DNA from: Leucoraja ocellata
Taxonomy: Eukaryota
Assembly: GCA_036785375.1 (NCBI GenBank)
Contig: JAWMAR010000061.1
Coordinates: 8,990,001-9,054,000, forward strand
Direction of reading: 5' to 3'
Length of the DNA stretch: 64,000 nucleotides
Position 1 is the first letter of the stretch. Each line of letters opens with the position of its first letter. Shown one piece after another: positions 51,801 to 62,052 of this stretch. Both the position numbers and the translations under genes were made by a program. A model generated the notes under the pieces. The model saw only the letters and a list, made by a program, of their open reading frames with translations, did no database searches and was not told the origin of the DNA.

Positions 51801-53123
51801 TGCGTCACTGTGCCGCCCTCAAGTAATCTTGGCCATTCCCTCGTGTAAAGTCATAGTGGCCAGTGTGAGTTCTACAATGGCAGTGATCTGACCTTGTGAT
51901 CAACGTTGGACAATGCACTTCCTGGATCACTCACAAACGTTTATTGAAATGGCGAGGGAAGGAACACAGCTCATCGCTGAACTTCCACAGCTGTCCCAAC
52001 TCAAGGTCATTGCAAAATGATAAACCTTCCTGTCAACAGGAAAGGTCCTAACCTCACACTAAACACAAAGTACTGGAGGACTAAGAGTCACAATTGAATG
52101 ATCACTAATGCTCTCCCAAGCCCGATTATTGCCCCAAAATAATCTTAAATTAATGAGATAAATGAAAACAACAGACCTTTCCCAGATGATCTCGTCATGG
52201 TGGAGCCACTGAACGGTGGGTGTTGGGTAGCCAGACACCACACATGGCAATATCAGTGACTGGCCTGCCACCTTACTAACGGAGGCAGGTTTCTGGAGAA
52301 ATGTCGCCTCCCGATCCGCATCCATTTCTGCAAAAGTACAAGAGAACCGTTGGTTATCACAGCGGCACAGGCTTCTGTGTCTGTAAATGTAGAGCATCTA
52401 GGCTTTATATACAGAGCAGACTTTAATACACAGCATCTTGTATGAAAAACCTGGACAAATGGTGAAAACAATAGATGGAGCAGAATACAAGTTAAAACAT
52501 GTTTTGTAAAATGGATCTTGAATGCAAGGCAGGAATTATGTTTGCTTCAAAGAAAATGGCAAGTACAGCATAATTCGACAGGGATACAGACATTCTCATT
52601 AATGGGTAAACTCGAACAGATATTCTCCCAATTGTACAGTAAAACAGTTCACATTCTCTGATCAATTATCAATTGGCTTTTCTGGACATAACCTCCAAAC
52701 TAGGAGCAGTGTCCATCTGGAAATCAAACATGCTTGATGTAACTTCTGAGAACAGATAAGACTTGTTCTGTGTAGACTGGCTGGATCTCACCAGTCTAGC
52801 CCTAGATTCCTGCCCATTGCACACAGTTTATTGCAACTGAGAGTTACCTGGCAAAACGGTGAGGAACACCTCTTCACTTGTCTTGGAAGAACCTGCGGCT
52901 TCCACAGAGCAGTGGTAAGACCCAGCGTCACTGCTGGAGGTGTTGCTGATCTCCAAGGTACCACTGGGCAGTTTCAGGAACCTGCCTTCCACCGCCACAA
53001 GCTGCCGGTTATGTTCCCACCGCACAAATGGAACGAGATCAGCATTCACCTCGCATCCCAGCAGGGCAGTGTCGCCTTCGTGCACAAAGACCCCATCTGG
53101 CTGACCGCTGAACCGAGGAAGAC
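21765..53123 (-). CDS. NEO1: Neogenin (DCC-family netrin/RGM receptor), partial multi-exon CDS from Ig2 to C-terminus
   Basis: 19 exons with GT-AG borders. Neogenin-type peptides [41 protein letters not shown] and [19 protein letters not shown]. Signal peptide and Ig1 exons not found (presumed beyond 64000); FN3-FN6 exons missing at the gap 30302-30501. Confidence 0.93.
22647..22783 (-). CDS. NEO1: NEO1 penultimate exon ([23 protein letters not shown]...MLEDSDT)
   Basis: gcag|GG ... ACT|gtaggt, 137 nt. Confidence 0.95.
22872..23285 (-). mobile_element. Rex1/Babar-like LINE 3' fragment
   Basis: Minus strand encodes [54 protein letters not shown]; ends gacaataaa plus (CTTGA)n tail. Confidence 0.8.
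23555..23835 (+). mobile_element. V-SINE (HE1-like), near full length
   Basis: tRNA-like head (gcagcggtag...gggttcaatcc), V domain gtgtggagtttgtatgtt...gctccggtttcctccc, tail gctgtatctctaaactaaa. Confidence 0.85.
23900..24112 (-). mobile_element. V-SINE, degraded
   Basis: Reverse V domain gtgggaggaaatcggagc...gagaacgtgcaaacaccacacagacagca. Confidence 0.7.
24220..24477 (-). CDS. NEO1: NEO1 cytoplasmic exon with P2 region (SVRNTP...[16 protein letters not shown])
   Basis: ccag|AA ... CGG|gtgagt, 258 nt. Confidence 0.95.
25208..25357 (-). CDS. NEO1: NEO1 cytoplasmic cassette exon ([18 protein letters not shown]...DRANST)
   Basis: acag|CT ... CAG|gtgaga, 150 nt, symmetric phase 1. Confidence 0.92.
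26023..26143 (+). repeat. (CA/CG)n microsatellite
   Basis: Seen directly. Confidence 0.9.
26588..26820 (+). repeat. Degenerate minisatellite of about 19-20 bp (ggggtcgtgggtcagcgag)
   Basis: Repeated ggggtcRtgggtcag units, with a duplicated cactgactggttacatagggg segment. Confidence 0.75.
26910..27002 (-). CDS. NEO1: NEO1 cytoplasmic exon ([30 protein letters not shown])
   Basis: acag|GC ... AAC|gtatgt, 93 nt. Confidence 0.93.
27070..27290 (+). repeat. (CACC)n low-complexity tract
   Basis: Seen directly; similar C-rich tract at 27660-27800. Confidence 0.85.
27367..27599 (-). CDS. NEO1: NEO1 cytoplasmic exon with P1 motif (KRAACK...[15 protein letters not shown]...RRNSYL)
   Basis: gcag|G ... 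TGG|gtcagt, 233 nt. Confidence 0.96.
27805..27951 (-). CDS. NEO1: NEO1 transmembrane exon (apparent -1 frameshift near 27927-27929)
   Basis: HNSPHGS in one frame, then [40 protein letters not shown] in another; 147 nt where phases need 148. Confidence 0.9.
28180..28254 (-). CDS. NEO1: NEO1 juxtamembrane ectodomain exon ([24 protein letters not shown])
   Basis: acag|CA ... GTG|gtgagt, 75 nt, phase 1-1; resembles human SGSGGKGSRLPDLGSDYKPPMS. Confidence 0.85.
28886..28975 (+). repeat. (GGGGGT)n G-rich repeat
   Basis: Seen directly. Confidence 0.9.
29895..30048 (+). repeat. 20-bp minisatellite (cactggccccagctactgtc)
   Basis: Several imperfect copies just after the NEO1 FN6 exon donor. Confidence 0.85.
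30089..30283 (-). CDS. NEO1: NEO1 FN6 C-half exon ([23 protein letters not shown]...FRTPK)
   Basis: acag|GC ... AAG|gtgagg, 195 nt. Confidence 0.96.
30302..30501. other. Assembly gap (200 N)
   Basis: Run of N. Confidence 1.
30706..30755 (-). CDS. NEO1: NEO1 FN3 start exon ([16 protein letters not shown])
   Basis: ccag|CT ... AAG|gtgagt, 50 nt. Confidence 0.94.
30847..30985 (-). CDS. NEO1: NEO1 FN2 C-half exon (DVDVG...[24 protein letters not shown])
   Basis: gcag|GAT ... GAG|gtgagt, 139 nt. Confidence 0.96.
31460..31608 (-). CDS. NEO1: NEO1 FN2 N-half exon (QVPGAAQNL...[15 protein letters not shown])
   Basis: gcag|TC ... CAG|gtgagt, 149 nt. Confidence 0.95.
32865..33592 (+). repeat. Compound (CA)n-CCTGRCCCC minisatellite
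   Basis: Units of roughly 22-26 bp seen directly. Confidence 0.95.
33705..34020 (+). mobile_element. CR1-like LINE 3' fragment, degraded
   Basis: ttttccccatgatagcaatgtcaaacac...tttaaggtgagagggggaaag...ttctatgt tail. Confidence 0.65.
35626..35964. other. Two assembly gaps (35626-35794, 35831-35964) in a GT/G-rich repeat
   Basis: Runs of N. Confidence 1.
36223..36377 (-). CDS. NEO1: NEO1 FN1 C-half exon ([10 protein letters not shown]...[27 protein letters not shown])
   Basis: acag|G ... GAAG|gtcagt, 155 nt. Confidence 0.96.
36540..37300 (+). mobile_element. CpG-rich, apparently young non-autonomous retroelement with Rex1-like 3' tail
   Basis: Poly-G head, CpG-dense body, 3' end catttcactacacctaggtgtatgtgaccaataaa like the tail of other LINE ends here (e.g. 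48545-48580). Confidence 0.6.
38168..38560 (+). mobile_element. CR1-like LINE 3' fragment, followed by a V-SINE piece to about 38710
   Basis: [48 protein letters not shown]; tail atgtttctatgt. Confidence 0.85.
38857..39073 (-). CDS. NEO1: NEO1 Ig4-FN1 linker / FN1 N-half exon, with alternative acceptor at 39013
   Basis: Long form starts [20 protein letters not shown]; short acceptor ctag|TG lies 60 nt downstream; [21 protein letters not shown]; donor AG|gtgaga. Confidence 0.93.
39277..40920 (+). repeat. About 1.6-kb satellite of 8-bp units (ACACTGGY/ACACTARC) with higher-order 16/24-bp periods
   Basis: Seen directly. Confidence 0.95.
40960..41210 (+). repeat. 30-bp minisatellite (acacagggccacacccacagtgacacactc)
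   Basis: Seen directly. Confidence 0.9.
45126..45268 (-). repeat. 36-bp tandem repeat (4 copies) spanning a NEO1 exon-intron junction
   Basis: Units 45233-45268, 45197-45232, 45161-45196 and 45126-45160 (the last is 35 bp). Confidence 0.95.
45262..45382 (-). CDS. NEO1: NEO1 Ig4 C-half exon ([24 protein letters not shown]...IILEH)
   Basis: tcag|AAT ... CATG|gtaagc, 121 nt. Confidence 0.96.
46622..46776 (-). CDS. NEO1: NEO1 Ig4 N-half exon ([25 protein letters not shown]...SDYFKIV)
   Basis: atag|TC ... GTT|gtgagt, 155 nt. Confidence 0.96.
49649..49962 (+). mobile_element. V-SINE (HE1-like), near full length
   Basis: tRNA-like head, V domain ttctccccgtgacctgcatgggttttccc...ggtttcctcccacattctaaagacgt, tail ctgtatctccaaactaaa. 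Confidence 0.85.
49985..50121 (-). CDS. NEO1: NEO1 Ig3 C-half exon ([30 protein letters not shown]...ELSVQ)
   Basis: acag|G ... CAAG|gtaaga, 137 nt. Confidence 0.95.
50330..50535 (-). mobile_element. Rex1-like LINE ORF fragment, degraded
   Basis: Minus strand resembles LRHLRRF...[25 protein letters not shown]. Confidence 0.65.
51527..51800 (-). mobile_element. V-SINE (HE1-like), near full length
   Basis: (TAGTT)n tail, reverse V domain, tRNA-like head cactgtgccgcc. Confidence 0.85.
52177..52327 (-). CDS. NEO1: NEO1 Ig3 N-half exon ([13 protein letters not shown]...[15 protein letters not shown])
   Basis: gcag|AA ... AG|gtctgt, 151 nt, phases fit neighbours. Confidence 0.92.
52848..53123 (-). 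CDS. NEO1: NEO1 Ig2 exon ([25 protein letters not shown]...LTVLP)
   Basis: ccag|GT ... CCAG|gtaact, 276 nt, Ig Cys/Trp/DAGSYHC pattern. Confidence 0.95.
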
Positions 53124-53559
53124 CTGGAACAGGCAAGGTCACGAGTCACACATACATCAACACAACACAAATAATAACCTTCTGGCTAGAAGTACAATAT
53201 TGCAGATACGAGAAATCTGAAGCAGAAGCTGAGAATTTTGGAAATAGGCAAGCAGGACAGGATCTACAGAGAGCAAAACACAGTTAACAATTCAGCACAA
53301 CGCTTATCCTTTGAAGAGGTTCTGATGAAAGATCACGGACTCAAACTGTAAATGTTTCCCTCACCACAGGTGTGTTCTGATCTGATGAGTACTCAACATC
53401 TTCTATTTTGATGATAGTGTAGCCATTCATCTCACTGATACAACGTGCAACATGACAGTTTCTAGATCACTACTGAAGTGTTTAACAGCTAATTTATGAG
53501 CTTCTAAAGCACAACCGCACCATCATCTCTCTCAGGTGCATGGATGTCAACATAAAGTA

Positions 53560-53815
53560 AAGCCACAAACGTAATGTGGGAAATGCAGCCCCAATATATC
53601 CACAGCAAGCTCCCACAAACACAAATCAATAGACAATCAAAGATAATGATCGAGGGATAAATATTGATCAGGACATGGAAAACTCAACTACAGCATATAG
53701 GCGAGGGAACACCCATGTTTACTACATGGCCCTTGGTTCAATGGATGAGCTGAAAGACAGCACTTCCAGTAACAGCACTCCCTTGAAGCTGCAGTCATGG
53801 AAGCATAGATGATGG
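53560..53815 (-). mobile_element. Deu-domain SINE (SacSINE1/AmnSINE1-like), ancient
   Basis: cacagcaagctcccacaaac...gagggataaatattgatcaggaca...gaaagacagcacttcc...cagcactccct resembles the remembered reverse DeuSINE consensus. Confidence 0.65.
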
Positions 53816-54139
53816 CACAGACCCCTCAGTAGCTTAAGGTGGACTATGGGGCCTAAACATAAACAAAGTACTTTGTAGTTTGAGATGACAAATGCTCTCC
53901 TCTGGGTTATGACAACTCAGTGATGCAAGCACGATAACATCTCAACACTATTGCTAGAAGTACAGTACAAGCCTTGAACACCTTCCTCATTTTGTGGTCT
54001 GTCTCTGTGGCTGAAACCTGAAAAAGCAGCATCTATTGCTAGGAATTCATGCTATTGGACAGCTGGAGAGATGAGTCAACCAGGAAGCAGCAATAAGATG
54101 AAAGGAGAACTGGATTCTAAAGCTGACGAGGTTGGAATA

Positions 54140-54560
54140 ATCCAGGAATGAGAAGGTTAACATATGATGGGTGTTTGTCGGCACTGGGCCTGTACTCACT
54201 GGAGTTTAGAAGAATGAGGGAGGACCTCATTGAAACATCCAGAATAGCGAAAGGCTTGGATAGAGTGGATGTGGAGAGGATGTTTCCAATATTTGAGGAA
54301 TCTAGGACTAGAGGTCACAGCCTCAGATTTAAAGGGTGTTCTTTTAGGACGGAGATGAGGAGAAATGTCTTTAGTCATAGGTTGGTGAATCTGTGGAATT
54401 CTTTGCCACAGAGGTCAAGTCAGCGGATATTTTTAAGATTCTTGATTAGTAGAGGTTATAGGGGAAAGGCAGGATAAGGGGTAAAGAGGAAGAGATAGAT
54501 CAGCTATGATTTAATGGCGGAGTAGATTTGATGGGCCGAATGGCCTAATTCTATTCCTAA
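54140..54560 (+). mobile_element. CR1-like LINE 3' fragment
   Basis: LGLYSLEFRRMREDLIET...[13 protein letters not shown]...RLVNLWNSLPQ. Confidence 0.9.
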
Positions 54561-56202
54561 CAATTATGACCTTATAATAGGAGTTACAATCAGTAACAAA
54601 CTGGCTAAACAAACGTGTGCCTTGGCCCATGTTTTGTAATGAGCCTAACTTGCTGATTAGCAGCAACTGATAACTCGGATGGTGTTGCTTCACACCATCC
54701 CACACTGTCACATCCGCAGCCAATGTCTTCACACTCTGGCTATTTTAGGTCTATCTGCAATAATAGTTCAGACCCATCCCCACAAGTAAATTTACCAGTG
54801 GGATTTGGCTTGGACCCAGTACAGCGGAAGTCTGAGTACCTGCTGAAAGCTTTGCTCCCCATTCTGGCCGCGACTAAACTGACTCATCTATATCCCACAC
54901 CGTATAGCTCCATATACTGGCTGGGCTGGGGGGCAGAGACGCAAGTTTCCAGAATCAAACACCATACCACTGAAGAAGGGTGTCGACCTGTAACGTTGCC
55001 CACTCCTCTCCACAGATGCTGCCTGACCCACTGAGTTACTCCAGCATTTTGTGTCTATCTTCAGTTTAAACCAGCATCTGCAGTTCCTTCCTACACCCCA
55101 TGCCACTACTAGTAGATCCCACATTGTCCGTCTCCACTATCACTATACTGCACAGCCTGCACGAGGAAGGCACATTTATTAGAGTGGCAGAGGACTGGAG
55201 GAAAAACAATTCAACATTAATCAAAGTAGCACCCAGTGAACAGGAGCAAACTAGGGATAAATGAAAATAGGAAACGGACCCAAGGATAAGCATTAGTTAC
55301 AAAACGCACTGACTCTGCAGAGAGCTGCCTCACACGGCTACTGACTAATGTCCAACTAACCTGTTGGTAAAGTACCGCTCCCCCACAGACTCCCATCCCA
55401 TCTTTCCCACGCCTTCTTTCCCATTCATTTCCATTCTTCAGCTTCCTTTCCCATCTGATTCCACAACCTGCAGCCTTTTGTTCTCCCCTTCCCACCTGCC
55501 AATCTCCACCCTCCTCTCTGCCATCTGACCGTGATCTGCCGACACACTCCTCCTCACCTGCATCAACCCATCACTGTCAGCTCTTGTCCACCCCTCCCTC
55601 CCCCTCCCCGTCCCTCTTTACACTAGCTACTTCCCCTCTACCCTTTCAGTCCAGATGCAGGGCCTTGGCCTGAAACATCGCCTGTCCATATTGCTCCTAC
55701 ACAGAGAAGCTGCCTGACTTAGTTTGCACTAGATTCCAGCTTCTACAGTCTTGTGTCTCTAAGCCACTGCAGAGTGCGAGCTACAAGATGCATTTGTACA
55801 CTTCCAGCAGACTCCAAAACAAATGCATATAATAGCAGTGCGGGATGAGATTGCAGGATGAGACTGTCCTGGATGGTGGAACACTGGGCTGGTGTGCTGC
55901 GTAGATCTTTATGGAGGGGGAGTGGGGATGTGGGCATTGGCACATTCCTTCTGTTCCTTTGTGTGCAGTGCTTCCTATCTCTCTCCTGCAGACCTGAAGT
56001 ACCCCATTACTGTATCCCCCCCACCCCCACCCTGGAGCCAGTGCTGGCTCTCGACACGATCAAATCCTTTCCCATTTAACTACCTCTATTAACGTTGATG
56101 CCAGGAATTCACACAACCTTCAGGTTGCACCTCTTCAACTACTTAATTATTTAAAAAATAAGATTCCCCTTTCAGCAATGGTTCATTGTGACTGAGTAGG
56201 TT

Positions 56203-56216
56203 GTTTCCATGGCAAC
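56203..56216. promoter_or_regulatory. Perfect RFX X-box in NEO1 intron
   Basis: GTTTCCATGGCAAC matches GTTNCCATGGNAAC exactly. Confidence 0.5.
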
Positions 56217-58537
56217 TCCAATATCAAAGAAACCTTGTCCCAGTTACAGACAGCTGAAAAATGTGTCAATTAGAGTGGTCACCAAAAGCAGCTCGTAGAA
56301 TCTCAGCAGCTTGAATCTTCTGTATCAGACAGTCACCTCTCCCCACCCTTGAACGACACTGTGGTCTGTAGGGAGAGGGAGCAACATATGTTTAAGACAT
56401 CTCCTTCGTCAGGAGAATGAAACACAACCTTGATTCTCTTGACGTTTGAAAATAAAATATCTGTTTCACCGTCTATAAGGAGATTGAAGGAATCGCCTTC
56501 CGAGAAGCATCACTCTGATGCTCAATTACTACACACACAACATCAATCAAACTGTAGGCAGCACAACATTGGTCTCTGGGCCCAGTGTCAGTCCCACTCT
56601 CCCACTCCTTCCTACAGGGTTGCAATTGTCTCCTTTGAATGTTTCCAATTATATTTTACAAGTATTCAATGAATCTTGTTTTACTGCCCTCTCAGACAGT
56701 CATTTCATTCCAGAATGGAAATCGCCACAATCTGAAATTCCTCATTGCAAACTCAACAAAAGCCAGCTAAGTGAGTGCTCCAGTCGGTGGCACAGTGGTG
56801 GCTCCCACATCCATGTGTCCTTGGCAATGACACCAGTCGCTGGGCCCTTGTCAAAATGCCTGGGGGTGGGGTTAGGGGACAGGGGACGGGGGAAAGGGGG
56901 ACGGGGAACAGGGGACAGGGGATAGGAGCAGGGGCCACAGACAGGAGCTCCACATGTTAAACACATCCCCCATCAGCATCTCCTGCTGTGTGAAGGACAA
57001 TCTGCTCAGACTTTCTGATCCCCTTTATAAAGAGTGGCTGCAATTCACAGCCACCTTTCCCAAGTCCATCGGAGTGTATTGGATCAACTCTTTAAAGAAA
57101 GCACAGAAACAGATATAGGCACAAAAAGCTGAAGTAACTCAGTGAAGTACTCCATAATCTTGAGTCTATCCTCAGTGTAAACCAGCATCTGCAGTTCCTT
57201 CCTGCACAGAAACAAATATATTTAGTAACAGTTAGCTGCTGATCAGTAAGAGTTTCTTCAGTCTAGTTACAACTTTGTTTTTAAAACCCATGGCTGCCTA
57301 ACTGCTCCCCAAGTGTGCGTGTGTGGCCCCCACATCCCCACAATGTCCAGGCCTCCTGCATCCATCCCACCGGCTGCCCTATCTCCACACGACCCAGAAT
57401 TCAATCCCTAACTCACCAGCTGCTCCCGCCTCTGTACAACACTCCTCAAAACCTTAGTGTGATTCTTCATCACAAATTGCTCGATAGAACTCTATGAAGG
57501 GCCTGAGATATTTGATTGTAGTAAAGGATGAATTAATACATTACTTTTGTACTATTATCAACCTTATATTCCCTGTGAAGCAGAAGTATTTTGCCCTGCA
57601 ATTTGTTCAATCGTTTTCTGTTCATCTCTTGGAGACACGAGCTGTGGGTAAATCCCGCAGAGACCGGCTGCCCTTGTGCGAGCAATATTCCCCTCGTCTG
57701 AGTCACAGCCGGCAGGTAATTGATGACTCCCATCGCAGCCTCAAACTGCATCTCATTGAAGTGGCATGAAACAGCAGCAATGCTGGGAGCACTTCAATCA
57801 GCAATGCCCCACAGTGTAGCAGCCTCATGTCGCCCCCAATGTCATCTGAGCACAGGCCAGATTGGGGCTGAGTTTAGTTGATTATCGTCACGGACATCGA
57901 GGTACAGTCAAAAGCTTTTGCTATCCAATCAAAGAAAAGACTACACATGATTACAATCAAGCTGTTCAATAAAGGATCATTGAAATTGCAAAGTGGAGAC
58001 TAGCATTTTTTTTCTTAAGTTAAGATATTGAAATTAAAAGGCCTATGGATATACAGGGAATGGAGGGATATAAAGCAGGCAAAGGCAGATTAGTTTAACC
58101 TGGCATCATGTACAGCACGGATATTGTGGGCCAAAGGACCTGTTCCTGTGCTGCACTGTTCCATGTTCTGTGAAGAAACAGGGAACTGCAGAAGCCAGTT
58201 TACAAAAAAAAGACAAAGTACTGAAGTAACTCAGTGGGTCACGCAGCATCTCTTGATAGGTGACGTTTTGGACTGGTGACCCATCTTCAGGCTGCCTGTG
58301 GTAGGGGGGGGGGGGGGGAGAGGAAGGGCAGGACAAAGCCTGGTGAGTGATAGGTGGATACAGGTGATGTTTTTATATGACAGGCAATGGTTGGACAAAG
58401 GCCAAAGATGAAAAGACAAAATGTTGGAGATAAGAAATGTTGATTTATCCTGCTGCTCACACACACATAGCAAACCAGGCGTCAAAATCTACAACTTCCT
58501 TCCATGTCACTCGGTCACCTCAGTAACTACACAGATA

Positions 58538-59070
58538 CAGTGCCCTCCATGATGTTTGGGACAATGACCCATCATTTATTTATTTATAGAAAAAAAAATC
58601 ACATGTGGTTAAAGTACTCATTGTCAGATTTTAATAAAGGCCAGTTTTATACATTTTGGTTTTACCATGTAGAAATTACAGCAATGTTTATACAGTCCCC
58701 CCCCCCCCATTCTGGGCAACATTATGTTTGGGACAAAGCAATGTCATGTACATGAAAGTAGTCATGTTTAGTATTTTGTTGCATATCCTTTGTATGCAAT
58801 GACTGCTTGAAGTCTGCGATTCATGGACATCACCAGTTGCTGGGTGTCTTCTCTGGTGATGCTCTGCCAGGCCTGTATTGCAGCCATCTTTAGCTTATGC
58901 TTGTTTTGGGGGCTAGTCCCCTTCAGTTTTCTCTTCAGCATATAAAAGGCATGCTCAGTTGGGTTCAGATCGGGTGAGTTTTGAGGCATTTGTTTGAACT
59001 TGAGCAAATAGGATGTGTCTAAACACTTCAAAATTCATTATGCTACTACCTTCAGCAGTTGTATTATCAA
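58538..59070 (-). mobile_element. Tc1-like DNA transposon remnant (3' TIR plus transposase C-terminus, internally deleted)
   Basis: TA|CAGTGCCCTCC terminus; internal direct repeat atgtttgggaca; minus strand SPDLNPTEHAF...MNRRLQAVIAYKGYATKY*. Confidence 0.9.
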
Positions 59071-59704
59071 GGGTCAGCAGTGTTTTATTGTCATGTGTCC
59101 CTCCCAGATAGGACAATGAAATTCTTACTTGCTGCAGCACAACAGAATGAAGATAAGTGAGGGAACTGTAACTAAAAACTGTAAAATAATACTAAAAATA
59201 GAAATGTCACTGAGTCGTGAGGTGATATCATTAAACAGGTGGAGCAGGATATTGGCTGGTGGATATTGGCAAATCCTATTTTGAAAAAAACAGTTGCCTT
59301 GTACGGTCTGAATGGGAGAAGTAATCACAGGGGAAATCCATGAGAAAGAGACGATGACACTCAAAGTAAATAAGCTCTCATTTAACAGTACTTTGCACCA
59401 CCTTAGAACACTTCAAAGCACTTTAGAGATACTTTAGAGTATATATAATTCGGTCATACAGCACAGAAACAGACCTTCAGCCCAACATGCCCAATGACAA
59501 CCTGATTCTGAAATTAAACAAATACATAGTACTGGAATAACTCAGCGGGCAGGCAACATCTCTGAAGAACATAGAAAGGTGATGCTTCAAGTCGGGAAGC
59601 ATAGATAGGTGATCCTTCCATAAACATCACCTATACATGTTCGCTACAGATGGGGCCTGACCCACTGAGTTTGATTCAACTCTGTCCCATTGTGAACATT
59701 GTCT

Positions 59705-59855
59705 CAAATCGCACACATGCACATGGACAAATACACATGTGCACACATACAAATGCACACACGGACACATGGACAAATACACGTGTGCACACATACAAAT
59801 GCACACACGGACACATGGACAAATACACGTGCACACATACAAATGCACACACGGT
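59705..59855 (+). repeat. CA-rich minisatellite (acacatggacaaatacac...aaatgcacac), about 3 copies
   Basis: Seen directly. Confidence 0.8.
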
Positions 59856-61869
59856 CAAGAATAGTGTAGAAATTGTGTATAAATCTTCACCTCGATGTTG
59901 TAACTTGGCAGTTCATGAATATGCATCTCCTGCAAACTTCAAAACACTTTACACGGTGCTGCGGGACAAACTTCTCCTCACATCATCCCTGCCTCATGTT
60001 CCAGAGAAGGGAAGTAGGTCGGGGGGAGGGGGGGAGGGGGGGCGGGGGGGGAATTGTCTAATAAAGACCCCAGCTTGTGACAGACACAGAATGTGAAGAG
60101 CTTGAGGAATCAGAGTGGAAAGCATTGAGCAAAGCAGAATCAATAAAAGAGCCAGGGTGAGAAGCGTTGTGAGGGAGGAATGAGAGGATCGTCAATCAAA
60201 CAGCAAGCCTTTACTTACATTCACTCCAGGAATGTCACAGGGTTGTTAAAAGAGTTTTGATTGTTTGAACAGAGTATAATCCTTTATCAGAATCGAGTGT
60301 CACGAAGAAAGAGAAGAAAAGGACTTTGTTAGAAGAATACAAGATTGACGTTTAAGAGGTGATAATTATTTGATTGATTTGTCAGCACTTTTGATAGTAA
60401 ATATGGACTTCATTGTTAGTTTTTTAATAAGAGTGTGGGTCCAGTGCATTTATTTAGTGCTGGCTTTGGAGATTTCTGGCATGGAGTGGTATTCTCATTA
60501 TAAGTGGGCAACTGTTTTATAGCAAGATATCCTAGGAGACAATGGAAAATAATGAATGTTCACACTACTTAATAAGCGTTTGTCTGCAGGATTGTAAACG
60601 GCACACAACCTCTCATCCTCACTCCTTGAGCTGTTCAGATTATTTCCCTCTTATCTTCACTAATTTGACACTTGGTTTGATGCCACTCATTCAGAGCCCA
60701 TTGGAAAGCTGTAAACAGGCTGCCACCAGTTGCTATTGGGCAGAACTTGTGCAGAAAGTAACAATCAGAAATCTCCAATGAGGGTGCGAACAGGAACGGA
60801 GGGCTTTGACTTCCCCCTGAGAGAGAGGTTTAATCTGCTGACAAACCCAATCTAGTTGGGAGAAATGTGCCAGGATTCGACTCAGTCACCGAGAACAACA
60901 CAACCTTTTTCTCAGATACAGTCCCTGGAATTTGAGAAAGGTTTACTTCTGCTTCTGGTTTGTAGGTTCGAAGGAAACCGATGAGGCCAGTGTAGGGACT
61001 GCAAACTCTTCCATATAAAGGACAGGAAGTGCCTGAAGGGTAGGGGGGGAATTAATTTGATGTGTGGTGCGCTCCTTACACAAACCTCGGAGGGGTTCAC
61101 TGTAGGTCTGATACGTGGACACCACGTGCCAATCAGTGCCAATCTGAGAGCTCCTCTACTGTGTGTGGCTGTGGGCAGGAAGGTCCAGGCATCACGGACA
61201 ATGCTGCATTTCCCCACTTTATAATTTATTGTATTGATTCATTTTGTCACGTGTACCAAAAGACTTTGTGTGCTATCCCGTCTAATCATACAATCAAGCC
61301 ACACACAAGTTAGTGCAAAGTGTGAAATGCCAGAGTGCAGAATACAATATTATAGTATTATTTATAAAATACACTGGCTAGCAGGCAGGCAGCTGCTGCA
61401 GGAATGGCCCTGTGTGTGAGGTGGCCTTTCACAATAACCGGTGTGATTTGTGCATTAACTGCACGATAGAAAGGGACAAATAAACGGTGGAATGATGGAG
61501 TCCCACACAGCGACAAACTGCCGCACTCACCACATGCAAAGCAGGCCGGGAGATATTAGCTCCAAGAATAAAGGAGAGCCTGGAAGCCATTTGCGTGGGA
61601 GTTAATCAATAACAGGTTTATTTAGCATGTCAAATTACTGAATGGGCTGGAAGCAGTTGCAGAGAGCCAAGGCAAAACTCTTCCTGCTGGTGAGCATGAC
61701 TCCTGGGTGAATGCAGACCACTGACTGTTCTTGTTGTGTTTTGTGCCCTCATTCTCTTCATCTAGGTTAGTTATTTTTAACTAACTGAGCAGGAGTCAAA
61801 TTTCTGAGCTGGAAAATATCAAATAAGTGCTTACTTGCTTATTCGCACCCTCATGCCCCCCTCCCCCCC

Positions 61870-62052
61870 CCCCACACACGGACACACGGACACACACATA
61901 GACACACACATACGGACACACTCAAACACACTCACAACCACACACAAGGACACACAAGGACACACACGCAGACACACACACTCACAGACACACTCAAACA
62001 CACATAAGGACACACTCACAGACACACACACACACTCACAAACACAGCCACA
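61870..62052 (+). repeat. Degenerate (CA)n tract
   Basis: Seen directly. Confidence 0.85.

Noticed and set aside
21765-53123. Calling the receptor DCC, or a pseudogene
   Set aside because: Cytoplasmic and C-terminal peptides are neogenin-type. The only defects are one homopolymer indel and an assembly gap.
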